Notes under the pieces: generated by a model
Database searches by the model: none
The model's input: the letters and a program-made list of their open reading frames with translations, nothing else
Told to the model about the DNA's origin: nothing
Translations under genes and position numbers: made by a program
Shown here: piece by piece, positions 25,601-37,609 of the stretch
Position numbering within the stretch: position 1 is the first letter of the stretch
Layout: each line of letters begins with the position of its first letter
Origin: Phoronis australis
Lineage: Eukaryota > Animalia > Phoronida
Assembly: GCA_002633005.1 (NCBI GenBank)
Contig: NMRA01000014.1
Coordinates: forward strand, 982,955-1,046,954
Direction of reading: 5' to 3'
Length of the DNA: 64,000 nt

Positions 25601-28600
25601 TGAATCAAGGGGTACATTTGATTGGGTAGATTTTGGCCAAGGTGAACCGATGCATATGAATGTGGGCCAGTGGCCACTTTTGGTTTGGGTAAATATGTAC
25701 TAAAAGGCATGGTGGAGCACTAAACATGGGTGAAGGCTCCGCCACTGGTGGCCAGTTATGTTCCTAATAGCTCTCATTTAGTATCAACTCCAGACGACAG
25801 TGATTTCCAAAAATGCAGATCTAGTCCACTTTAAAGGAATTTCCGCAGCCTTGTGTTTAACAATCTGATTCACACATCAATTATTTACTGAGCTTGGCTA
25901 GTGTTTTTATCGTCAGGTAAAGCAGTAGTTGCTCTACTTCATAAAATAAACTAGGATCAGTGTTCATGATATCGAATGTTGATGGCGCTTGCAGTTCTTA
26001 TACTAACGTGTTATTGGTAACTATAAAAATTGCTGTAAAATGGGCCTACTTTCTAATGAATTATGGGCCAAGAACACTCTGGTGGTAGCCTAAGTGGGAT
26101 AAGGGGCTGAAGAACACCAGATTTTATGGGTTTAGTTGGTGATGGTCCAAGAGACACTGGTGGTCAGATAAACAGGACAAAGGCCACCAGACTGAAGCAG
26201 ACCAAAATCCTTTTGTTTTATAAATAGTGATAACTAGGTCAGGCCGAACTGGTGGTTGAGTTACTATATGCCAATGGGCACTGGTGGTTAGGTAAATATG
26301 GTCTCAGCGGCACTGGTTGTTAGGTAAAGGGTATTCAGGTGGTCAGGTAAATGGGACAAGAGGTGGTGAAATGGAGCAGGCACTCAGGTTGATGGCTTTA
26401 GTTGGTAATGAGCCAATGTGTACTACATGAATGAATCAGGTCAGAGTTGATAGGTTCAGTTAGTGATTGGCTTAGGGATTTTCTTTCAACCACATTGAAA
26501 GACTGTGTTGAGACTTATTTGAACATGGGTTGAGGCTGTCGTAAATATGTTGACTTGTTTTAATGTACTAGCTGTTCGTTGGCACAGCAAATTTTTTTCT
26601 CCACTTGTGTTATATAGTTAATGAAAACACCATGCCCATTTACTCATGCATTTTTGGTTGATCTTAGTAAGTTTAAAAGATTTTTTATATGAGTTCAGGA
26701 TCAATCATACTTAATTACCAGTTATATGTCTTATCTCTGAGCAATGATAAATGGTCAAAAGATGATTACCAGCGGGAACAGCTAGATGGCATTTCCCAAC
26801 TCGCTACTGTGAATTTTTGGGGTGACTTAATATAGCCCCTTCACTTTTAATTTGTGGCTTCTTTTGTTTGAGGATAAGGGAATGGAGATAAGTGCTAGTG
26901 ATTGTCACTACTTGTTCTGCCTGTTTGTGGCAACCTTTTTCCTGCCTACTTTAAAATTAACCCATCTTTGAAAATTAAATTTTTTCATTGTTTAAATCAT
27001 AAAATTTGGTTACTAACAACAGCTGTTTCTTAATTTGTCGATGTATCCCAGCCTTTATTGTGTAACCTGCCTGAGCAACACAATATGGCAACTTGTCTTG
27101 TGCGTTTAGAAGCTCCTGAAGAATGCTGGGAAATTTAAATGGGAGCACCAGTCATGTAATGAATGATACAAGGGATACCCACCAAAATGGAGGGCTCTAG
27201 CCTTATGTGTTAGTAGAGAAAGTTGGATAATGTGTGTGAATGCAATAAAATACTTAACTTCAGGCACCGACATCGTCAAATCAGCGTGGTCCATTACCCT
27301 CTTATCCTTCGTCGGTAGCTTGTGTGAAGACAGTCCTCTACTACAAAGGCAACTGGACCAGGGCTGACCAACTTGGAGTAATATCAGGTATGGGAGAGAG
27401 TGTATGACAAGGGACCACACTATTGAGAGGATATGGTGTGTGTCATGAGTCACATAGTGGGTGACATCATCAGTGTCATCAGGGGTCACATTACTAAGGA
27501 TAATGCATGGCATGGAATACAGTGTAGTGTTACTGGGCCTCATGGTATACAGTGTAGTGTTACTGGGTCTCATGGAATACAGTGTAGAGTTACTGGGCCT
27601 CATGGAATACAGTGTAGAGTTACTGGGCCTCATGGAATACAGTGTAGTGTTACTGGGCCTCATGGAATACAGTGTAGTGTTACTGGGCCTCATGGAATAC
27701 AGTGTAGAGTTACTGGGCCTCATGGAATACAGTGTAGTGTTACTGGGCCTCATGGAATTGGTGGTAATATAATTCATTACTTCACACCACTTGTGCTTTG
27801 CTCTGTTTTATTCATTCCTTTGTATCTGTCCATTGGAGTAACTTAATAATAACACAGAGTGTAGTTCTTAGTGGGGTTATAGTGTGTGTCTATCACCATT
27901 AACCACTGTAGACCTGGCTGCCGCTTTACTCTCGTAAAGTTGGTCTCCTGATATTCCTTACCGTTATAGGATTCTCTTTCCTTTGCTAAAAAGAACTTCA
28001 AAACTACCATTTATAGATTGATTAGTCCATGCCCAACTCTAAAATTGAAAATGGTGTATAGATACATTGTGAATTCCATTTGGCGTATGCACGAATTGCC
28101 TGTGAGTTGATTGCGTAACCAGAAACAATCCTATGAAAGGAAGGAACCCATTTTACGAGACTGAGTAACACTCCCCCTTGGATTTGTCATTTTTGGCCAG
28201 CTGCACTGAGCAAAATGGAACTGTAAGATGATTAATCCTGTCCTGGTCAAAATGCTAGGATAGCAAATATAGGAATGAATGGCAAAACTGGAGGTGACTG
28301 TGGATGGGTTGTGACACGACTTCCTGAGTGAGTCAGTTATTTCTATGGTTGGCAAATAGTATGCTTTATAGTGGTTCTGACATGGACAAACACTGACACT
28401 AATTGTGAATAGCTTGTGGGCTTCTCTCTGTAAAACTTGGCTTCAGAACAATTCTGTTCACTGATTTTATTCCTTTTGTTTTGTTTTTGAAATGTGTCAC
28501 ACAAGCTGCATTAGTCAACTCACTACAAAGTTGGGCTGCTGTGGTTCAGACATAAGAGTGCAGTTCAAACCACAGTTTCAGGTAAAATTGAATGTTTAAA

Positions 28601-31567
28601 ACTTTCCAATGACGACTCACCATCTTTTTCACTTTGATTGATGATGCCGAGGTGTCGTGCGTAGGGCTAATTCAAAGCATCTGCCATACACAGTTCTCGC
28701 CTGAACTGGAATGTGGTAGGTTTCACAACCTAGAGTCCACCAGCAAATACCCAGCTCGCTTAAACCGGGCACATGCTTCACTAAAGCAGCGTCGCGCACG
28801 ACACCTGGCATCTGCAATCAAAATGAACATTATGGCATGTCATCATGGAAACGTTCTCTGTAACAATCTTCAATTTTAGCTAAGAGTAAAGTTGAAACTG
28901 CATTAGTTTACTTGTGATTTTGTTATAAATCCAGGATCCTTAAGTGGCGACCCCTGTGGTGATGGACAGTACTACTTCACTGCAGTTCCTGACACCAATC
29001 TCTTCCTGCTGATGATTGACAAGTACAAGCAAACAGATGACTATCTTCCCTTCAACTGCAGAATTGCTAATCAGTGAGTATTGGACCAGGTATACTACAG
29101 TCAAGCATCCAATCTTGAATTTTTATCAAATGAGCTGGCAACTTAGTCACAATGCAATGCGTATTAGTGCCATTTTCAAGTTCACAATTTTAGGGTTGGA
29201 CAATCCCTTTCATGTCTGAAGGCCTAATACGAATAGAATCATGACACTGTAAGGAATAAGATCGATTATATGAGAGTAAAAGGCCCAATCAATTTTCATT
29301 TTCTGATGGTGAAATACAGCTGCTTTAGGACGTCAGAATGTCAGTGAGTTATGGAACATCATATTTCAGAAATGACTGAAATTATTTGAATGAAACATTT
29401 GGATACTACTGCTTTATACACTGGTTTCCAAACACCAGTTGGAATTTTATTTAAAATATTCCACATTTTGCATGGGTTAAAAATGGGACTTTTATGAGTT
29501 TTATGAAATAACTAAAACTGGTTGCATCAAATAAAAGACAAAATAATTTTGAAATATATGTACAGCGTTTTTGGTTTCATCAGGAAATGATATTTGTTCA
29601 TGATATTGATATCGCTGTTCTTGTTAAAGCGTGCCATTATATTTTGTTAAATTTTACTAAAACGACATTGGTCAGTTGACCTAATTAATGGGAGATTTTT
29701 ATCAAAAGTCAAAAATAAAATGCTACTGGCATTCAACCTGTGGAAATATGTACTAGTTGATGAGGTCCTACATAATCTTAAATTTTCCACTATTGCTCCC
29801 TCATCATTTGTGGCATGATCATCCCTAGGCTTGTGTCTGTGCTGAATGCAATCCACATGGTGGCACATGACATTGCTCTGCATTGCTCTTTGTTTTGTCC
29901 TTTACTTTTAAAGTCGTTTTGAAAATGTTTTACACCTTGTGGATGGCACAAGTATGTATGTTACTCTGGTTATTTTTAGAAATGATTTCTCTTTACAAGT
30001 TCAAGGTATAGGATTGTTGTTGTTGCTATGAGTTTAGAAATTGTAGTGTAGGCATGGCAACTGTAGTTAAGGAGTTCTTTGTTATGGTAGTGCTCTTTTG
30101 TTAAAGGACATTGCTAGTCTAACCTATGGCTGTTACGTTCGCATGATCTTTCAATGAATGACTATGTAATGTGTTTTGTCACTTCACTCAAGCCTTTTTA
30201 TTATTTTAGGTGTTACTATAGCCAGTTTGCATTTTGTATAATCACTACACTTATCGGTTAGCCACATCTCTTGTCAGTGACCGCATGCTGTAGTCTGTTG
30301 TCAGGCTGACAGCTGGTTTGTGCGCATGTCTGTCAGTGACTCCATGACGTAGTCTGATGTCAGGCTGACAGCTAGTCTGCGCATGTTTCTGTCAGTGACT
30401 GCATACCATAGTATGTTAGGCTGACAGCTTGTCTGCGCATGTCTTTGTCAGTCACTGCATGCAGTAGTCTGTCGTCAGGCTGACAGCTAGTCTTCACCAG
30501 CATCATGTTGTTGGCAGTAGTGTGTGTGAATTGTACACTTAGCATGGTGCAGGGCTTGGAATTTTCCTCTTTTAACAGGATAAATCTCGTTTTTTGTTTT
30601 CATTCCTTCTTATTTGATTTCCAATTTCCTCTTTTTTCGTCTCTTTTTTATGATTTTATCATGCAAAAATGATTAATTTTAATTTTTCATCACAAAAATA
30701 TTTCTATCACACATGCCTATTTGTGGAATGACACATCACCTGGAAATTTTTCTTCTTTTTGTCATTGAACATTCCAAACCCTGATGGTGCAACTGGTGAA
30801 ATATTTTCATATTACTTGGAAGATATTCAGTAAAATAGATTGCAAGCACTTGGGCAATTGTAAGTGTGAATTTCATTAGCCCAAAGATTTAATTTTAACT
30901 CCAACCATCAGCAGCAAATGTATCATTGATAATTGCTTAAGGTCTTGTTATATATTTTTGTTATTATGTACAGGTTTGACCAGGATTGTCACAAGATATT
31001 CATTGATTCAGTAGATGGATTAGACTTTGGATTTAAAGGGCTTAATTTGTATGTCATTTCTCATGATATAATATCAACTGTACTGCACAATTGACCTATC
31101 GTAAGCTCCGCCCCCTTGCGAAAAGTCGACAAACAACCAACAAGTTTTAACCAGCAACTAACGTGTTGTAACCTAAGTTGTGTCAAGAATGCTGCATTCT
31201 GATTAGTCAGTTAAGCCGTCACTAAAATCCTGGTGATAGGTCAATTAATGACTGGACCATGTCTGTTTACAGTGTTCACCGACCGGGTTCATTCCCTCTA
31301 CTAGATGATCCATGTCAAGCCTCAACGAACACACGCAGATACTCAGCAGCCATGATGACTTGCCCTATTCTTAAACTCAATAAACCAGAAGGACTATGTA
31401 ATGCAGCATTAGCCAATCACATGCTTCTGAAAGATGTGCTGCAGAATTGCTTGCTATCGTTAGTGTGGCTATGTGTTTTGTACTCCAACCGGAATTTCAT
31501 TATAAATATTCTTGTGACGACACCAGATGTCACCGCACTCCAACCATTGAACACTGCTATTTTATGA
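6687..31567 (+). CDS. Folate-receptor-domain / alpha2delta-CACHD1-like (VWA_N, VWA, Cache) protein, ~1361 aa, 20 exons
   Basis: Exons 6687-7626, 11042-11228, 11935-12087, 13825-14013, 15702-15938, 17044-17165, 17816-17934, 18378-18461, 18716-18882, 19202-19346, 20319-20517, 20793-20921, 22205-22367, 22620-22775, 23601-23746, 24200-24380, 25350-25560, 27264-27387, 28935-29073, 31273-31567; all GT-AG and phase-consistent, 4086 nt. Motifs WQYFGSSTG, YDPRLRPWY, ILDASSS (MIDAS), PYLDNGGLGLVFTVSVPV, LLGVVGIDV, YIGLESGVTRSYP, FDPTTRPWY, VPDTNLFLL. Confidence 0.85.
18393..18545 (+). repeat. 75-bp tandem duplication of exon 8 3' part including its donor
   Basis: Two near-identical copies ending TTTTACAG|GTACTG at 18461 and 18536. 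Confidence 0.95.
19725..19870. repeat. Short degenerate ~40-bp tandem repeat
   Basis: GTTTTGTGGAGATTA.TAAAGGTTATCTCC.ATGGTAAG units. Confidence 0.7.
22700..23160 (+). repeat. Degenerate tandem copies of exon 14 end plus donor
   Basis: TGACCTTTGACCCTACAA(C/A)GTAAGTAT recurs about five times. Confidence 0.85.
23425..23660 (+). repeat. Degenerate tandem copies of acceptor plus exon 15 start
   Basis: GTATGGTCTGTTACA(G) occurs three times, followed by GTAC(C/T)GGCA variants. Confidence 0.85.
27511..27758. repeat. 30-bp minisatellite, 8 units plus a partial unit
   Basis: CATGGAATACAGTGTAG(T/A)GTTACTGGGCCT, near-perfect, intronic. Confidence 0.97.
30270..30492. repeat. ~58-bp tandem repeat, about 4 units
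   Basis: TGTCAGTGAC..CAT...GTAGTCTG..GTCAGGCTGACAGCT units. Confidence 0.85.
30550..30783. mobile_element. hAT-type MITE (CAGGG...CCCTG), copy 1
   Basis: Termini CAGGGCTTGGAAT / ATTCCAAACCCTG, flanked by ATGGTG on both sides; homologous copy at 58465-58713. Confidence 0.8.
31089..31246. mobile_element. MITE
   Basis: Perfect 12-bp TIR AATTGACCTATC / GATAGGTCAATT. Confidence 0.6.
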
Positions 31568-31988
31568 TATTTAGTCACTGGTCATCTTTCATAGTTCATT
31601 ATCATCAGCTTATTGTTAAGTTTACTTGTCATGTGTTAGTACTTATTGTTTAAATTATTTTTGTTGTTTTAAATACGAGTTCTTTCCAATATTCACTGTC
31701 ATTGTAACAATTATTTCAGTTTAATAGGCTGTTCTACATAATGTCATTGAGTTGGCTCTCTTTGTGTTTATCCAGCATGTTGTAACCCTGTACCTCAGCA
31801 GACTGATCATTTCATTCAAGTACATTGCTGTGCTCAGACATTCAGAAACTGCAGGCTAAGAAAGTCATATTGTTACATACCGCGGTGGATGAAAACTCAA
31901 AATTGTGACACTTTACAAAGAGAAGGGTCAAGATTGAAAAAAAGCATTAAATACCTGCAGAGATTTTTGACATCTGCCTTTCCTGATG

Positions 31989-32164
31989 TCTTCTTTCAGT
32001 GCGTACTAGATGGCGCTGTGCACTGGATGCTGTTGTATGTTGCACTGAGTTTATATCCACATCAGAAAAAGAGAGGTCACCCATGAACCATGACGAGGAC
32101 GGATAAACTCAGCGCAAAATACAATAACATGTGTACAGCGCCATCTAGTATGCACTGAAGAAGA
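31989..32164. mobile_element. Fold-back element / MITE with ~70-bp inverted arms
   Basis: TCTTCTTTCAGTGCGTACTAGATGGCGCTGT..GCACTGAGTTTATATCC is inverted as GGATAAACTCAGCGC..ACAGCGCCATCTAGTATGCACTGAAGAAGA. Confidence 0.8.
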
Positions 32165-33328
32165 TGAGCGTGTGCATTCGTTTGTCTGGCCACGCTACAA
32201 ATCTAACTAATTAAATACTAAGTAGTATTCATTTAAACACAAACCAATTACCTTGACCAGATAAGCTGAGCACAGCCCAGCAATAGTTTGGACAGCAAAC
32301 TTGAAAGAGCACTTACGTAACACAGTTGTAATTCCAAACACTAGTCTTCTACCTTCTATAAATTCTTTGCAAACCACCATGCCACCAAGTACTGCTGTAA
32401 AAGTTATTCACACAAAAAATATCCGTGAATGAAGAAGGAACTTGGCATTTGTCTCGGTCAATTCTGCCCGTCTTGCTCACAAGAATTCCAAATAGGGCTA
32501 ATTGATAGTTGCTTTTAATTTGTGCTCTCAGAACACTAAAGAGTTGTATGTTGAATGTTGGGCTGTTGTAACGGTTTCAAAAACTACCAGTTAGTTTAAT
32601 ACATTTTCATACTTGGTATATTCTTACTTTTAGCTTTGGCATGTTCTAGATGTGAAGTTTGACATGTTGTTTTTGTGTGATACGCTTTTACTTATTGTTG
32701 TTAGAAAATAGATTGTGCAAGTTTGTGCAATAGATACCAATCATGAAGTACAACTTAAATATTATCAGGTTATGAATTGGAAAACAGATTTTAAAATTTT
32801 TGAACTGACAGTATTAATGTTGTGAACAAGAGTGGTTTGTATGACAATTGTTAGATTTGACTGAAATAGAGTGAACTTAGAAAAAATAAAATTTATTGCT
32901 ATTTGTGTGTTCAACATCCAGTACAGGCAACCAATCAGATATAAGGTTGTAGCCATTACTGTCTACATAGTACATTTATTTACAAAAATGTGTCTCAATT
33001 TATAAAACACCCACTGATATTAGTCGACAGACATTAATGATACGAGCACCAGTCTGAAACTGAGTAGATACATGTTCTGGGCTTGGCTATGCAAACACAT
33101 AAGGGGTAATAATACAATTATCTTCTTAGCCAGTATCATACACCCCTTGTTGAGCTGTGGCCAACTGGGACAGCTGTATGACTAAAAGCAGGGTTCACAA
33201 AGAATTACTTTCACAGACCTTGCACTTCAATTTCAGAAATTTAGCCTAATGTTTGTGAAGAGAACCCATGACTTACATAAACAACCATCACAAAAAATTA
33301 AGTCACTGTTTGTACTAGTTACACCATC

Positions 33329-34502
33329 TGTAATGTAGTTACTTTAATTTACCCTAGAGGCCGCTCTTTGTATAACACACAAGTTGATGACGTAGCGATA
33401 AGTAGTGTCAAGTTTACTAGTCAGATAATAAATCGTTATCAAAGAAGTCATCTTTATATACAGTACAATGGCGACGAGGATCGAAACGGACTCATTGCAT
33501 ATACTGCACATACATCAGGGACACTTCTGATGTGGGTGAGCCAAATATCAGTTTTCAAAAACGTTGACTTTAGTCGTTAAACTTACTGGAAAATTCCACT
33601 CTCGCTGTCGCGTGCAAAAATACAGGGTGGACGGAAACACGTATATGTGACACTGTAGTGACGTGTGTGTACATACGGCACGGACTCTGTGAATAATTCA
33701 AGTACAGGGTGCGTCAAAATACAACGATCACCAAAGCTACCAGTGACATAAAATAGCACAAAATGGCCGTTTCTTTGCCCCGCTATCCCAAGTTCGATGT
33801 AAATGATGACCCCACCATCACTTCCCAATGGGAGGAATGGTTGGAAGGGTTTGAGACTATGATAAAAGCCATGAAAATTAAAGAACAGGCCATGCGTGAC
33901 ATGTTGATACATTATATTGGCAGCAAAGGAAGGAAACTGATCAAAAACTTACCTGACTCTGGAACACCCGGGCAGTCAAGTGAATACAACAAACTGCGTG
34001 ATGCATTGAATAAATATTTTACACCAAAGCTTAACAGAGTGTACTTGATGAACATGCTACATCAGATAACCCAAGGACCATCGGAGTCAATAGACAATAT
34101 CTACATGCGAGTTACAGACAAAGTATCAGTAATTAAATTGGAGGATCTTTCCAAGAATGACATAATAGAACTCATAAAACTCGCCCAGATGGTTAACAAC
34201 TGCAAGAACCCAGAAGTGAAGAAAAAGGGAATTCATGATGGACATTTAGTGCCGCCATGTTTGATAGACTTTAGTCGTTTTAGTCTGCTAAAGACAGTTT
34301 TATTAGTTGATTTTTATATTGACGGTCTCGATTGTGTAACGTCTATTCGTAAGGAGGGAGAGATGTAATGTAGTTACTTTAGTTTACCCTAGAGGCCGCT
34401 CTTTATATAACACACAAGTTGATGACGTAGCGATAAGTAGTGTCAAGTTTACTAGTCAGATAATAAATCGTTATCAAAGAAATCATCTTTACATACAGTA
34501 CA
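33329..34502 (+). mobile_element. Complete gag-only LTR retroelement (1174 bp)
   Basis: LTRs 33329-33467 and 34364-34502 (139 bp, TG...CA, 4 mismatches), TSD CCATC, PBS TGGCGACGAGGAT (tRNA-Ser GCU type) at 33469, PPT AAGGAGGGAGAGA at 34351-34363. Confidence 0.95.
33763..34368 (+). CDS. gag: Gypsy-type Gag capsid region, uninterrupted 201-aa ORF
   Basis: PKFDV..QWEEWLEGFE..LIHYIG..ALNKYFTPK..ITQGPSESID motifs; stop codon lies in the first bases of the 3' LTR. Confidence 0.85.
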   Translation: MAVSLPRYPKFDVNDDPTITSQWEEWLEGFETMIKAMKIKEQAMRDMLIHYIGSKGRKLIKNLPDSGTPGQSSEYNKLRDALNKYFTPKLNRVYLMNMLHQITQGPSESIDNIYMRVTDKVSVIKLEDLSKNDIIELIKLAQMVNNCKNPEVKKKGIHDGHLVPPCLIDFSRFSLLKTVLLVDFYIDGLDCVTSIRKEGEM

Positions 34503-36099
34503 CCATCCAAGCTGAAAATGTAGGTTAGTAACAATGCATACAGTGGCCTACACAACTGTGGCATACACTTATTACTATCATTATTTCAAAAGATAAATGT
34601 ACTAGGCCTCTCGCCCATAACGAAAGAAAATTTCAATGAGTTAACAATGTTACGTTATAACCTTATACGTGGTGTCGCGGTCTAACAACATGGTGGCCTA
34701 CTATTATACCAAATGCATGTACACAAACATTTATTGCTCGATTATCTCGCATTACATGGTGGCATTGGTGCGATTGTGATGGCTGAACCTGTGCATGGCA
34801 TCCAACCTCAGCAACATGACTAATATAACTAGAATTGGAAACTTTTTCTTCAAAACTGGCAAAATTATGAAATATTTCTCGAGTGGACAAGCAGCCAAGA
34901 CCCTAGTGTAGTGTACCGGTAATTTTGTAATGACAGATGTCTGCAGTTGGCATGCACTTGTGTCGCCGGTTGAGGGTTAATGATGTTGAGTACTGTTTAA
35001 AACGTGCTATCCAAATGGAGCCTGGGCACTTTTTGCTGTTTGTCATGTTGTTGAACAGCTTGCTGTAATTGATGATTGCGGATCATCTGTGAAGTTATAT
35101 GCTAGGTCTAATGGTGGGGCAATCTTGAGTAATGATGCCATTGCATCAAATCACACATTTCTGACACCAAATAATAAAGGTGTTCATGTTTTATTGTTTG
35201 CTTTGTCTAGCTTACAGCAACGGCCCTTTCAATACAGTAAATTAACAACATATGCAAGTGTGTTGTAGTCAGGTCTTGCCCCTGCTACTCATTCTACAAT
35301 TCCAAGGGAAGTTAACTTTGGCAAGAAGATCTCTTTCAAACCAGCAACACCACAAAAAATGTTTGTGCTCCAGAACCATTTCTTCGTAAACCACAAAAAG
35401 TTAGAAACTTTGCAAACACTGGGACTCCAGCCTCCCCGAAAACATATGCAAGGTTCTCAGTAGGCCTACACCACTGAAATATCAAAGTCCACAGAAACGC
35501 AAAGTTAAGGAGTATGCATCTTTCTAAAAATCCCCAAAAACTCAAGAAACTCGATGATCCTGTGTCTGACAATTCTCGCATTTCTTTCAGAAAGCCTGTC
35601 TATGTGCCTAAGTTGTCAGCAGAAGACAGTTCCGAGCCAGCATGCATGCAATCCCCACCATCTGTGACAACACCTGATCAGTCCCCAACATCGGTCACAA
35701 AACTTATTTGTGTGTCACTATTGTCGGCAAACAATTACAGTTTTGAGCCCATCTATAAGCAGTCCCCAAAATCTGTTGCGAAACTTGTTGGTGAGCCTCA
35801 ATCAGCAGACTACTGTTTTGAGCCTGTGCTATCCCTCTCGTGTGCGGTTTGGTTAATATGAATTCTGTAATGATGTGAAAATTTCATACATTATTTCGAA
35901 CTGTCAGCGCATTTATATATCCACTAAAATTTTTCTTAGTATAGTACATCATGTAAAACAAAGAGGATATGGTCCTCTTATCGACTTCTTTGACAAGAAT
36001 AATTTTTCAAACCTGCCTTCATTGGTACATCAACAGTGACCACCATGTCTCCCACATCTGAAAAAAAGTATTCTTTACCATGTCTGGAAAAAGTTCTAA

Positions 36100-37600
36100 T
36101 CCAAAAGTCAAAAAGCACACTCAAAGAAAATCTTGTTGTGTCAGAAAGTGCAAGAAATATCAAACTCAAAAAAGCGGCTGGTCAGCTTTATCAATACGGA
36201 CTTGAATGACAGCAAGCTTGACTTCGTGCAAGCATTTTCATTGCAAATTGGTTCCTCATATAAGCTAGCAGTTAATCCATCTGGTCTCTTCGCAACACCT
36301 CCAGTCAAGCTTAATAATTTTCACTGCTCAACGGTTCTCTTACGAAGGATGATTTGTTAAGAACTCCTTTTCCATTATTTCCCAAAGTTCTCCATGCTAA
36401 AACACTGTGTTGCCTGTTGAGAAAGATTTCTTGAAGTGATCAATTAATTTGTCTGCTGAAGAAAATTTGTCTGGGACAAAACTAATGAATTCTTTTAAAT
36501 CTAAATTTCAGGGATTCTTTCCAACTCATAGTTAAGTGTTGAATGACAAGGAGCATAAATACTATTTGTTTTATTGCCCAAGCCAACACCAACTGGCTGG
36601 GCTGTAGATCCAGGTCGTCTTTTTGAAATGTTGACGTACAAATATCATTTCATCTTCGAAGACTGTGAGTTTAACATCTATTTGTCGAGGGATGGGAGAC
36701 AAATTGGAGGTAGGCAAAGCGTAGTGATTGGACTGTCAATTGTGAAACAAGAGTTGTCTCTTCGGAAAATGTCATTTCATGACCTGACAGGTTTATCCTG
36801 TCCTTATATGTTATGAGTCAGATTCTCATGAAAATTTAGAGGAAAACCTGTGTGCAAAACACCAGTTTCGGAAAATTGGATATTAAGTTCATTGCCCCAT
36901 CCACATATTTTTTTGTTGAGTGGGATCACATGTTTTTGCAAAACATTGTAGCTGACACTGGGAATATTAGTTCATTATCTAAAAATGGTTGGAGCTTGTC
37001 AGTCACGAAGGCAGAGGACAAAAACAATGTCGCTGATGGTGGTTTCGACAAAGATTTACCAGTTTTTTTAGACAGAGACTAGCCCAACAGTATTCTTCCA
37101 TCTGTACCCCTGAAAAGAATTGTATTTTGTGCGACCGGATGCACCACATCATATGTTCAGTGGAAAAACTCCTCAACCTTGTTGTAGAAACGATCTTCTC
37201 TGATGCCTTCATAAAGTAGCAAACACATTCTGATACTTCTACAGAAGATCTCATATGAAACTTGGAGACCAACATCAATTTGCGCCATGTAAGACAGAGT
37301 AATTTTCTGCATTCCTTTGGTCAAACCTGGAAAGCCAGAAGGTGTTGTCTCTCAATAAAGGCAGTGCTGTGGCCATAACTGCTCCAAACCTTGAGGGAAA
37401 CAATTTCCCTCACGCCCTTGAAGGCATCTTAAGCAACGTCATACAGGTTACACTTGACATTCCACCATCAGTTTTACAGGTTTTTGGACTTTCCTGACAT
37501 TATGCTACAGTTCGAGCTTGGTCAGTTCATTTGGGACAGCTTTTATCAAATGGCAATCCTTCTGCAACCTGACACTGAGCCAAAACTTCTTGATGGAGAA
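36100..37600 (+). pseudogene. Decayed DDE transposase-like sequence (possibly Transib/RAG1-related group)
   Basis: Frameshifted pieces: RDGRQIGGRQSVVIGLS, VYPVLICYESDSHENLEE, WDHMFLQNIV, CDRMHHIICSVEKLLNLV. Confidence 0.35.
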
Positions 37601-37609
37601 CCTTTCTCT

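Noticed and set aside
27511-27758. CRISPR-like regularity here and at 45395 and 46785
   Set aside because: Head-to-tail repeats without unique spacers, eukaryotic context, no cas genes.
27106-27846. Three overlapping repetitive ORFs (SMRPSNTTLY, GPHGIQCSVT, MEYSVVLLGL)
   Set aside because: By-products of a stop-poor 30-bp intronic minisatellite; the real exon is 27264-27387.
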